A stretch of 64,000 nt of DNA from an uncultured Solirubrobacterales bacterium (GTDB lineage: Bacteria > Actinomycetota > Thermoleophilia > Solirubrobacterales > 70-9), in contig CAVRGT010000001.1 of the NCBI GenBank assembly GCA_963720805.1, forward strand, positions 170,187 through 234,186. The letters are read 5' to 3'. Of this stretch, positions 1 through 7,952 are shown one piece after another (within the stretch, counting starts at the first letter, position 1; each line of letters begins with the position of its first letter). Both the position numbers and the translations under genes were made by a program. Under the pieces are notes generated by a model, which was not told where the DNA came from, searched no databases, and saw nothing but the letters and a program-made list of their open reading frames with translations.

Positions 1-737
1 TTGAGGACGCCGAGCGCACAGCGTGCCGTCGTCGATCTCGACGCCCTCGCAGACCCGCACCGGTTTGCTGGCGAAGTAGGTGAAGGGGTCGGAGTTCTGG
101 GTCAGCGCGGTGACGCCCTCGACGCTCTCGCCGTCGATCTGCACTCGCAGGCGGACGGGGTTGTGCAGGTAGGCGCGGTAGAAGGCCGGAGACCGCCGCC
201 CAGGTGAAGTAGTAGGGCCCGGCCGCCGACTTCAGCCGCGGGTGGGCATCGACCCGCTTGACCACGGTGGCGTCGATCCCGGCACCGCAGGAGAAGACGA
301 AGTGGCGGTCGGTCGGCCATGCCGAGGTCGATCTTGCGCGGCTGCCACTCGTCGGCCAGCGCCAGCAGGTGCTCGGTCGCGTCGACGACGTCGTTGGGGA
401 TGCCGAGCGTGCGGCAGACGACGTTGGTCGAGCCGCCCGGAATCACCGAGACCGGCACATCGGTCCCCGCCAGCCCGTTGACCACCTCGTTCAGCGTCCC
501 GTCCCCGCCAAAGGCGACAACCACGTCATAGCCGTGATCGCGCACCTCCCGCCCGATCTCAGTCGCATGATTCTGCGCCTCGGTCGAGACGGTTTCGACC
601 TCATAGCGTCCCTGCAGCGCATAGACGACCAGGTTCTTGAGCCGATCCGAGACCGTCGTCGCGTAGGGGTTGACGATGATCAGCATCCGCTTCTTGGCAG
701 ACTTGCGCGGCTTTCTGGAGAGGATTTTCGCTTGCAT
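1..737 (-). pseudogene. Diacylglycerol/lipid kinase family protein (DAGK catalytic domain); 3' end runs off the window; two apparent frameshifts
   Basis: The first ~135 aa of ORF 102..737 show the DAGK catalytic-domain pattern (MLIIVNPYA, VVVAFGGDGTLNEVVNGL, VIPGGSTNV). After KIDLGMAD this frame degenerates. HFVFSCGAGIDATVVKRVDAHPRLKSAAGPYYFTWAAVS and FYRAYLHNPVRLRVQIDGESVEGVTALTQNSDPF continue in the other two minus frames. The breaks coincide with a GGTC-GGTC tandem duplication (~307-314) and one extra G/C (~186-190). Confidence 0.75.
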
Positions 738-771
738 TCAGGTCTCGTGCGCCAGTTGGTGCGCCAGTGGT

Positions 772-1000
772 CTATGCGGCGCGGCGCTGTTGGTTACGTT
801 CGGAGCGCTCACGTTGGGCCGCGAGGTAGGCGTCTAGGAGTTCTGCCGCCTCCGCCTCAGACCCAGGAGTGTCGACACTCGTGGAGCGTAATGCGATTGA
901 GACCGGCGGACTTCCACGCTGCATCGGCGCGCTCGCTCAGCTTCTCCCCGCTAAAGGGCCGCGCCGTGGTCGAGCCGAAGATCCGACCCGATCCGGCTCG
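772..1000 (-). pseudogene. Tyrosine recombinase (phage-type integrase) C-terminal remnant with an internal deletion
   Basis: The minus-frame peptide GRIFGSTTARPFSGEKLSERADAAWKSAGLNRITLHECRHSW matches the HxxR box region of tyrosine recombinases. It hits a stop, and a neighbouring frame continues with GSEAEAAELLDAYLAAQRERSERNQQRRAA*, a typical integrase C-terminal tail. The N-terminal two thirds are absent. Confidence 0.55.
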
Positions 1001-1042
1001 CCCAGCCGCCCCTACATGGCGGTCGCACGGGCGCGAAGCTCC

Positions 1043-1140
1043 AGGGCGGTGCTTTCCAGCTCTAAGTGAGCCGTCCGCGATGTAGCGCGGCGCTGACTGA
1101 ACCGTTTGCCCCCGTATGCGGGGGTCAATTGACCACTCAG
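1043..1140. repeat. Solo remnant (~100 bp) homologous to the transposase-proximal end of the IS at 13099-14234
   Basis: 1043-1140 aligns by eye at roughly three quarters identity with the reverse complement of 14108-14200. The match includes the hairpin block CGCTGACTG..TTTGCCCCCGTATGCGGGGGTCAAT.GACCACTC. No transposase ORF follows it. Confidence 0.6.
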
Positions 1141-1440
1141 CCCCAAGCATCTCCGTCTGGCGAGCCCGCAATTGCGAGCCCGGCCGGCCCGTTGTTCACG
1201 AATTTCCGTGGAATCAACCAGAGCTTTCTCAGTGGCTGGACGCGGTCACCTTGCCGCGGTACGCCTTAGGGCCCGCGAGGACTTCGTTCGGACCGCATGG
1301 CTGTGGGGACGGCCCGGCGGCACAGTTCCAGAATGGACCCCCGCCGAGCGGCACCTGGACCTGAGCGCAGATCACCTGCGCGTGGTAACGGGGAGCGCCC
1401 CGCATAGGCGGAGCATAGCTTGCGGATTACCAGGAACCGG

Positions 1441-1533
1441 AGCGTCGACCCGCTCGAAGAATGTGGCGTCGATGCCAGCGCCGCAGGAGAAGGCGAAGTG
1501 GTGCGCCAGGAGCCCCGGCTTGCCGTCAGCGAC
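1441..1533 (-). pseudogene. Short duplicated fragment of a DAGK-family gene
   Basis: The peptide VADGKPGLLAHHFAFSCGAGIDATFFERVDA lies inside the otherwise meaningless ORF 1372..1836. It parallels MAD(R)HFVFSCGAGIDATVVKRVDA of the gene at 1-737, and nucleotides ~1445-1510 resemble ~245-310. Confidence 0.5.
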
Positions 1534-1948
1534 GCGAGGCGGGGTTGGTGCCCGCGCAGCGTATTGCGGCGCAGGGGCTGCTGCGCCTCGGGCAGATGCT
1601 CTCGCGGCGATTGAGTGAGGCGAGCAGGCCACGCATCGCCTTGTGCTCTGCCACCACGCGTCCGTACTCGTTGCCCTCGTCAACGATCTCGGCCAGTTCC
1701 TCGAGCACCGCGCAGAGCTCGGGGTCGGGGATGACGCGCCGATCTTCGACCGCCCCGAGCAGGCGTTCGTAGGCGGCCGCCTCGCGGCGCAGGCGACGCG
1801 GTTCCAGCACTTGCTCACCGTGCTCGCGGAGCTCATCGCGAACGCCGTCCCGCGCCATCGTCAGAACCTCTTCGAGGAACTTGCGGTCTCGCCGGGGGAC
1901 ATCAAGTTGGACCGGCATCCGGTCCCTCGTTGGATCGGTCCCAGTCAT
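1526..1948 (-). CDS. Hypothetical protein; true stop uncertain because the tail runs into the DAGK fragment
   Basis: A strong SD (GAGAAGGAGG) lies 6-7 nt upstream of the ATG at 1948. Composition looks coding for ~105 aa (MTGTDPTRDRMPVQLDVPRRDRKFLEEVL...AEHKAMRGLLASL). I do not recognise the family. Confidence 0.5.
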   Translation of the reverse strand: MTGTDPTRDRMPVQLDVPRRDRKFLEEVLTMARDGVRDELREHGEQVLEPRRLRREAAAYERLLGAVEDRRVIPDPELCAVLEELAEIVDEGNEYGRVVAEHKAMRGLLASLNRRESICPRRSSPCAAIRCAGTNPASRR

Positions 1949-2083
1949 GGGGGGTGGCCTCCTTCTCTCAGGTCCTCGGCCGGCGTCGATGCGCTGCCAG
2001 GGACCGCTCTATCGAACCGGCGCGGCCACTCCGCCCACTACCTAAAGCTAACGCCGTGCCCGGACGCTGCAAGCAGCCGAGCC

Positions 2084-3091
2084 TTAAGGAGCAACGGCCT
2101 CATAGCGAACCACCTCGCCGTCGCCGGCTTCCCGCACTCGCCCCTCGTTGACGAGAAGATCGGCGTGCCCGATCACCTCTGACAGCGTCAGGAAGGCCTG
2201 GGTTACGGCGACGTTGCCCCAGATCGACTGGGCGATCTCGAAGCCGCTGCTCGGCTGCTCGGCGATCAGCTTGTAGATCTTCTCCTTGCGGCGCTCGTGC
2301 TTGGCGATGCGGTCGTCGATCAGGGCGACGTGGTCGGTGATCGGCTCGCCGTGGCCGGAGAGGACGATCTCGGCCGGCATCTCGCGCGTCTTTCGCATCG
2401 ACTCGATGTAGGTGACGAGCGCCTGGAGCCGCTCGCTGGAGCCGTCGAGGGGGCGGCTGATCAGCGGGTTGGAGGAGATGTGGGCGATCAGGTGATCGGC
2501 GGCGATCAGGATCTTGCGCTCCTCATCCCAGAAGACGGTGTCCGAAGGGCTGTGGCCGGGGCGGTGGATCGCCTGCAGGGTGCGGTCGCGGAAGGGCAGG
2601 ACCTGGCCGTCGGCGAGCGGGTGGGTCACCTGAACGTGCGAGCCCCAGCCGCGGAAGCTGCGCGAGACGCTGCGCAGCGCCACGGTCACCTCCTCGGGGA
2701 TGCCGTTGCGCAGCATCAGGTCGACCGCGAAGCGGTCCTCGGCCTCGGCGTCCTCGTCGAAGTTGGCGAGGCGCTCGCGGGCGGCGCCGAGCGCAGCGAC
2801 TTTCGCGCCGGAACGCTGGACGACGATCTCGGCCAGGCCGAGGTGGTCGATGTGCTGGTGGGTGACGATCAGCAGCTCGAGGTCCTCGATCGCGTGGCCG
2901 TGCGCGGCCAGCTGCGACTGCAGCTCGTCGAGCGCCTTGCCCGAGTTGGGCCCGGTGTCGATCAGGGTCAGCGGCTCGTCCTTGAGCAGGTAGCAGTTGA
3001 CCCGACCGACCGCGAAGGGGGTGGGGATGCGCAGGCAGTGGATCCCGGCCAGCGCCGCCTGCTCGAGCGCCTGCTCGGGCGTCAGGGTCAC
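2084..3091 (-). CDS. MBL-fold metallo-hydrolase
   Basis: HxHxDH motif (LLIVTHQHIDHLG) with later conserved His and Asp residues. The GTG start overlaps the upstream stop (GTGA). The rest of ORF 2084..3703 lies upstream of this start and is antisense-type noise. Confidence 0.85.
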   Translation of the reverse strand: MTLTPEQALEQAALAGIHCLRIPTPFAVGRVNCYLLKDEPLTLIDTGPNSGKALDELQSQLAAHGHAIEDLELLIVTHQHIDHLGLAEIVVQRSGAKVAALGAARERLANFDEDAEAEDRFAVDLMLRNGIPEEVTVALRSVSRSFRGWGSHVQVTHPLADGQVLPFRDRTLQAIHRPGHSPSDTVFWDEERKILIAADHLIAHISSNPLISRPLDGSSERLQALVTYIESMRKTREMPAEIVLSGHGEPITDHVALIDDRIAKHERRKEKIYKLIAEQPSSGFEIAQSIWGNVAVTQAFLTLSEVIGHADLLVNEGRVREAGDGEVVRYEAVAP

Positions 3092-4470
3092 GCGCGGATC
3101 AGCCCAAGCACCTCGTCGCGCTTGGCCTCCATGTCCTCGCGCGAGACCAGCGACTCGAGGTTGAGGCGCAGCAGCGGCTCGGTGTTGGAGCGCCGCACGT
3201 TGAAGTGCCACTCGGGGTAGTCGACCGAGATCCCGTCGAGCGTGGTCTGCTCGCCGTCGCCGTAGCGCTCGGTGATCTCGGCGATCTTCGCCGCCGGGTC
3301 GGCGACCTCGGAGTTGATCTCGCCGGAGATGAAATAGCGCGAGCGGAACTCGGCCATCAGCTCGCCGAGTGAGCGGCCGTCGACCGAGAGCAGCTCCAGC
3401 ATCAGCAGGGCCGGGATCGTGCCCGAGTCGGCGTTCCAGAAGTCGCGGAAGTAGTAGTGGCCGGAGACCTCGCCGCCGAAGGCGGCACCTTCCTCGCGCA
3501 TCCGCGCCTTGAAGAAGGCGTGCCCGACCCGCGAGAGGTCCGAGCGCCCGCCCTCGGCGGCGACCAGGTCGGGCACGGCCCGGCTCGAGCGCGGGTCGTA
3601 GAGAATCGTCGCGCCGGGGTTCTTGGCCAGCGCCGCGCGGGCGAGTAGGGCGCAGATGAAGTCGCCGTCGCAGAACTCGCCGCTGCCGTCGATGAAGAAG
3701 CAACGGTCGGCGTCGCCGTCCCAGGCGATGCCGAGGTCCGCGCCGGAGCCTCGCACCCGGTCGATGATCATCCGTCGGTTCTCCTCCAGCAGCGGGTTGG
3801 GCTCGTGGTCGGGGAACTCGCCGTTGGGCTCGAAGTACATCTCCTCCAGCTCGAGCGGCAGCTTCTCCAGGATCGGCCCGACCATCGGTCCGCCCATGCC
3901 GTTGCCGCCGTCGACAACCACCTTCATCGGCTTCACCTTGCCCGGGTCGATGAACGACAGGGCGTGGGCGCGGAACTCCTCCCAGACGTCGACCTCCTCC
4001 AGCGAGCCGCCACCCGGGGCGTGCCCGAGCCCGGCCTCGATCTCGGCCTTGACGTCGCCGATCCCGGCGTCACCGGAAAGCGGCAAAGCGCCCTCGCGGA
4101 CCAGCTTCACCCCGGTGTAGGCCTTGGGGTTGTGCGAGGCGGTGACCATCGCGCCGCCGTCGAGCTCACGGGAGCCGACCAGGTGGTAGAGCATCTCGGT
4201 CGCGACCATGCCGGCGTCGATCACGGTGGCGCCCTCGAAGATCAGGCCGTCGCGCAACTCCGCCGCCATCGCCGGCGCGGTCAGGCGCATGTCGCGGCCG
4301 AGCCCGACCCGCAGCTCGCCCGTCGGCTTGCCGCGCAGCTTGCCCAGCACGCGGGCGAAGGCGCGACCGATCGCGTGCGCCGTCGTCTCGTCCATTTCCG
4401 AGCCGTAGAGGCCGCGGATGTCGTAGGCCTTGAAGATTCCCGGCGGGGCCAGGGTCGGCTTCTCGCTCAA
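3088..4470 (-). CDS. Phosphomannomutase/phosphoglucomutase (alpha-D-phosphohexomutase family)
   Basis: Active-site loop TASHNP, metal loop DGDADR and the overall four-domain layout; the 460-aa ORF is intact. Confidence 0.9.
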   Translation of the reverse strand: MSEKPTLAPPGIFKAYDIRGLYGSEMDETTAHAIGRAFARVLGKLRGKPTGELRVGLGRDMRLTAPAMAAELRDGLIFEGATVIDAGMVATEMLYHLVGSRELDGGAMVTASHNPKAYTGVKLVREGALPLSGDAGIGDVKAEIEAGLGHAPGGGSLEEVDVWEEFRAHALSFIDPGKVKPMKVVVDGGNGMGGPMVGPILEKLPLELEEMYFEPNGEFPDHEPNPLLEENRRMIIDRVRGSGADLGIAWDGDADRCFFIDGSGEFCDGDFICALLARAALAKNPGATILYDPRSSRAVPDLVAAEGGRSDLSRVGHAFFKARMREEGAAFGGEVSGHYYFRDFWNADSGTIPALLMLELLSVDGRSLGELMAEFRSRYFISGEINSEVADPAAKIAEITERYGDGEQTTLDGISVDYPEWHFNVRRSNTEPLLRLNLESLVSREDMEAKRDEVLGLIRA

Positions 4471-4955
4471 AATGCTCCCTTCAGAGCCTCGTAGCTCTGC
4501 TCAAGTGTCTGCGGCATCACCCTGGTGTCGGCGATGACCGGCATGAAGTTGGTGTCGCCGCCCCAGCGCGGGACGACGTGCATATGTATGTGGTGCTCGA
4601 CCCCGGCGCCGGCGACGCGGCCCTGGTTGAAGCCGACGTTGTAGCCATGCGGGCTGTAGACGTCCTCGAGCCGGCTCATCGCCCGCTGCGCAAAGCCCAT
4701 CATCTCCGCCACGGCCTCCGCCGGTAGCTCCTGGATGCGGCCGATGTGCCCGTAGGGAGCAACCATCAGGTGACCGTTCGTGTAGGGGAAGAGGTTGAGG
4801 ATCACGAAGCTGTGCTCGCCGCGGTGGACGATCAGGTTCTCCTCATCGGCATCCGCCGCCGGCTTGGCGCAGAAGATGCACTCCTCCTCGTTGTCCTTTG
4901 CTGCGTCCTTCACGTAGGCGAGGCGCCAGGGCGCCCAGATGCGGAAATTTGCCAC
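4467..4955 (-). CDS. HIT-family nucleotide hydrolase/phosphorylase (Ap4A-phosphorylase-like)
   Basis: Histidine triad HHIHMHVVPRW plus the N-terminal APWRLAYV...CIFC pattern. Its stop overlaps the start of the next gene. Confidence 0.8.
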   Translation of the reverse strand: MANFRIWAPWRLAYVKDAAKDNEEECIFCAKPAADADEENLIVHRGEHSFVILNLFPYTNGHLMVAPYGHIGRIQELPAEAVAEMMGFAQRAMSRLEDVYSPHGYNVGFNQGRVAGAGVEHHIHMHVVPRWGGDTNFMPVIADTRVMPQTLEQSYEALKGAF

Positions 4956-4965
4956 GCCCCGGAGG

Positions 4966-5973
4966 CTATAGCCAGCCGCGCTTGCGGAAGTAGGCGACCA
5001 TGCCGACCAGCAGGGCGAGCATTGCGCCGAGCACGACGAGGAAGCCGGTCACATCGTGCTCCCAAGGCACCCAGGAGTTCATCCCCCAAACGCTGGCCAG
5101 CAGGGTCAGCGGCAGCACGATGACGGTAATCGAAGTGAGCACGCGGAGGATGTCGTTGACCCGGTGGGAGATCACCGACTCGTTGGTCTCGGCCAGCGCC
5201 TCGATTACCTCCTTGTAATTTTCGAGCATGTCCCAGATTCGCTCGTGAGCGTCGACGATGTCGTCGAAGTAGATCTCGAGGTCGAGGTCGGTGGCGAGGT
5301 AGCGTTGCTTGACCTTCTCCAGGTCGCGCAGCACCGGGCGCTGCGGCCGGATCACCTTGCGGAAGTTGATGATCTCCTGCTTGACGTTGGAGATGTCGCG
5401 CACGACCTCCTCCGAGCGCCCCTCGAAGATGTCGTCCTCGAGCGCGTCGAGCTTGTTGCCGATCTTGCGCAGCATCGGGAAGCAGTAGTCGAAGCTGTCG
5501 TCGACCAGGCGGTAGAGCAGGTAGCCGGAGCCGCGCGAGAAGAGCTGCTCGCGCATCTCCTCCTTGGCGCGGCAGCGCTCGAAGAGGTACTCGACCGGCT
5601 GCAGCCGCTGGTTGGGGATCGTCACCACATAGCCGGGCCCGACGAAGAGGTCGAGCTCGCCGGTGCCCAGCCTGCCGGCGGCCCGATCGAAGATCGGAAA
5701 GTGCAGGACGATGAAGAGATAGTCGTCGTAGACGTCGATCTTCGGCCGCTGGTTGCGCGAGAGCACGTCCTCGAGGTCGAGGGCGTGGAAGTCGAAGTTC
5801 TCCTCCAACCAGGTGCGCTCCAGCTCGCCGAGGCGCTCGATGTTGACCCAGCGCAGGCCGGAGGACTCGATCTGCTCGACGCGCGGTGCCTGCGGCTCAG
5901 CCTGAGCTGCGGCGGAGATCAGCTCGTCGCGCCGGCCGACGCGTCGCAGCCTCGGCTTCGGAAGGTTCGGCAT
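4966..5973 (-). CDS. corA: Magnesium/cobalt transporter CorA
   Basis: C-terminal two TM helices with the GMN motif (VWGMNS) and the ending YFRKRGWL. Confidence 0.9.
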   Translation of the reverse strand: MPNLPKPRLRRVGRRDELISAAAQAEPQAPRVEQIESSGLRWVNIERLGELERTWLEENFDFHALDLEDVLSRNQRPKIDVYDDYLFIVLHFPIFDRAAGRLGTGELDLFVGPGYVVTIPNQRLQPVEYLFERCRAKEEMREQLFSRGSGYLLYRLVDDSFDYCFPMLRKIGNKLDALEDDIFEGRSEEVVRDISNVKQEIINFRKVIRPQRPVLRDLEKVKQRYLATDLDLEIYFDDIVDAHERIWDMLENYKEVIEALAETNESVISHRVNDILRVLTSITVIVLPLTLLASVWGMNSWVPWEHDVTGFLVVLGAMLALLVGMVAYFRKRGWL

Positions 5974-6135
5974 CGTTCGGGCTCATCGTCTCGTCGGGCA
6001 TGGGCGGACAAGGTTAGCCAGTGCGCGTGGAGATGCGTGGGCGATCGGTGTCACGCAATTGGGATGGCCCGGACCTCTCGCGCTAACTCCTAACGCGCGT
6101 CAGACTTTCCGGTATGGTCACTCCTTACATAAGCG

Positions 6136-6252
6136 CCACATCTAGAGGGGTGGAGGGACTGGCCCGATGAAACCCCGGCAACCGCCCCGGACCAACAGGT
6201 TCGGGGGAGGTGCCAACTCCAGCAGGTCAAGTCGAAGGCCTGGAAGATGTGG
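6136..6252 (+). promoter_or_regulatory. SAM-I (S-box) riboswitch aptamer
   Basis: P1 is CCACATCT (6136-6143) paired with AGATGTGG (6245-6252). The conserved core AGAGGGGTGGAGGGACTGGCCCGATGAAACCCCGGCAACC and ...GGTGCCAACTCCAGCAG... matches the S-box consensus as I remember it. Confidence 0.85.
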
Positions 6253-6268
6253 GGAATGTCCGATCGGA

Positions 6269-6299
6269 CCTCTGCCCCACAAAAGGCGGAGGTTTTTTT
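6269..6299 (+). terminator. Riboswitch expression-platform intrinsic terminator
   Basis: Stem CCTCTGCC/GGCGGAGG (one G-U pair) followed by T7. GTGGGG (6249-6254), which overlaps the 3' strand of P1, can instead pair with CCCCAC (6275-6280) as an antiterminator. Confidence 0.75.
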
Positions 6300-6332
6300 G
6301 TTGGCGGTAACGCAACGAGAGGGAAAGATCGG

Positions 6333-7565
6333 ATGGCCATCGAGAATCTGAAATGCAAGGAGTGCGGGGCGAGGTATGACCTCGGCGCGCACTTCGCCTG
6401 TGAAAACTGCTTCGGGCCGCTGGAAGTGGCCTACGACTACTCGGCGCTCGACCCGGCCGAGACCAAGCGCAAGATCCAGGCCGGCTCGCAGGGAATCTGG
6501 CGCTACGCCGACTTCCTGCCCTTCGAGGGCCGCCCCGGCGACCCGCTCGAGCCCGGGCTGACGCCGCTGCTGCGCGCCGACCGCCTCGCTGAACGCCTTG
6601 GCGTCGAGGCCGAGATCTGGATCAAGAACGACGCCGCCAACCCGACCCACTCCTTCAAGGACCGGGTCGTCGCCGTCGCCGTGGCGAAGGCTCAGGAGCT
6701 CGGCTTCGACACCGTCGCCTGCGCCTCGACCGGCAACCTCGCCAACGCCGTCGCCGCCCACGCCGCCGCCGCCGGGCTCAAGTCCTACGTCTTCGTGCCC
6801 GCCAACCTCGAGGAGCAGAAGCTGCTCGCGACCGGCATCTACGGCACCAACCTGGTCGGCGTGCGCGGCAACTACGACGACGTCAACCGCCTCTGCACCC
6901 AGCTCGCCGAAACCCGGCCCTGGGCCTTCGTTAACGTCAACCTGCGCCCCTACTACGCCGAGGGCTCGAAGACGCTCGCCTACGAGACGGCCGAGCAGCT
7001 CGGCTGGAAACTGCCGGACCGCGTCGTCTGCCCGATCGCCTCGGGCTCGCTCTTCACCAAGGTCGGCCGCGGCTTCCAGGAGTGGCTGGACATCGGTTTG
7101 GTCGAGGGCTCCCAGCCGGTCTTCAACGGCGCCCAGGCGGAGGGCTGCAGCCCGGTCGCCACCGCCTTCGCCGAAGGCTGGGACGTCTGCAAGCCGCAGC
7201 GCCCCGACACGATCGCCAAGAGCCTGGCGATCGGCGATCCCGCCGACGGCCCTTACGCGGTCGAGCAGGCCCGCCGCACCGGCGGCGGGGTCGACTCGGT
7301 CAGCGACGCCGAGATCCGCGACGCGATCAGCCTGCTGGCCGAGACCACGGGCATCTTCACCGAGACCGCGGGCGGCGTCACCGTCGGCGTGCTGAAGAAG
7401 CTGGCCGACCGCGGTGAGCTGGCGGCCGGCGAGCGCGTCGTCGTCTACATCACCGGCGAGGGGCTGAAGACGCTCGACGCGACCCGCGATAGGTTCCGCA
7501 TGCACGAGATCGACCCCCACCTCGACAGCTTCGAGTCCGAGTTCGCCCAGGAGGTAAGCGTCTGA
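6333..7565 (+). CDS. Threonine-synthase-family PLP enzyme with an N-terminal Cys4 zinc ribbon; possibly a homocysteine-forming MetM-type enzyme
   Basis: PTHSFKDR lysine motif and ThrC-like fold. N-terminus CKECG..(x12)..CENCFG. An SD (GAGAGGGAAAG) precedes the ATG at 6333. The stop overlaps the next start (TGATG). Confidence 0.9.
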   Translation: MAIENLKCKECGARYDLGAHFACENCFGPLEVAYDYSALDPAETKRKIQAGSQGIWRYADFLPFEGRPGDPLEPGLTPLLRADRLAERLGVEAEIWIKNDAANPTHSFKDRVVAVAVAKAQELGFDTVACASTGNLANAVAAHAAAAGLKSYVFVPANLEEQKLLATGIYGTNLVGVRGNYDDVNRLCTQLAETRPWAFVNVNLRPYYAEGSKTLAYETAEQLGWKLPDRVVCPIASGSLFTKVGRGFQEWLDIGLVEGSQPVFNGAQAEGCSPVATAFAEGWDVCKPQRPDTIAKSLAIGDPADGPYAVEQARRTGGGVDSVSDAEIRDAISLLAETTGIFTETAGGVTVGVLKKLADRGELAAGERVVVYITGEGLKTLDATRDRFRMHEIDPHLDSFESEFAQEVSV

Positions 7566-7837
7566 TGGCAGTCACCGTGAAGATCCCGACCCAGCTGCGC
7601 GCCGCCACCGACGGCGAGGCCGAGCTCGAGGTCGCCGGCGCCACCGTCGGCGAGGTGCTCGACGCGGTCTTCGAGGCCCACGGCACCCTGCGCGAGCGGA
7701 TCACCGAGGACGGTGACCTGCGGCGGTTCGTCAACGTCTATGTCAGCGGCGAGGACATTCGCTTCCAGCAGGGGCTGGAGACTCAGATTGACGATGGCGC
7801 CGAGGTGACCATTCTCCCGGCCGTCGCGGGTGGTTGA
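7565..7837 (+). CDS. ThiS/MoaD/CysO-type sulfur-carrier protein (C-terminal GG)
   Basis: 90 aa, ubiquitin-like length, ending ...ILPAVAGG*, and translationally coupled to the upstream ThrC-like gene. Confidence 0.8.
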   Translation: MAVTVKIPTQLRAATDGEAELEVAGATVGEVLDAVFEAHGTLRERITEDGDLRRFVNVYVSGEDIRFQQGLETQIDDGAEVTILPAVAGG

Positions 7838-7952
7838 GCGGTCATCCCGGTAGGGGTTTCGCTTAACTTTTTGGGTGGAGACGGAATTGCTGTCGCCTCG
7901 GGGGTGGACGCCCAAAAAGTGCAAGACGCTCCACCCCTACCGGGATGACCGC
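7838..7952. repeat. 115-nt nested palindrome filling the whole intergenic region and including the rfbF start codon
   Basis: The outer 20-nt arms GCGGTCATCCCGGTAGGGGT (7838-7857) and ACCCCTACCGGGATGACCGC (7933-7952) are perfect complements. The inner imperfect arms are CTTAACTTTTTGGGTG and CGCCCAAAAAGTGCAAG. Confidence 0.8.

Noticed and set aside
1372-1836. The 154-aa ORF on the minus strand as a real gene.
   Set aside because: Only a ~31-aa internal stretch (the DAGK-like fragment) looks like protein. The remainder is Ala/Arg/Ser/Pro-rich noise overlapping a better-supported ORF (1526..1948).
5974-6120. A possible Mg2+ (M-box) riboswitch in the corA leader.
   Set aside because: I could not find the conserved M-box core elements by eye. 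The region is short and shared with the divergent SAM-riboswitch promoter. Only a cmscan could decide.
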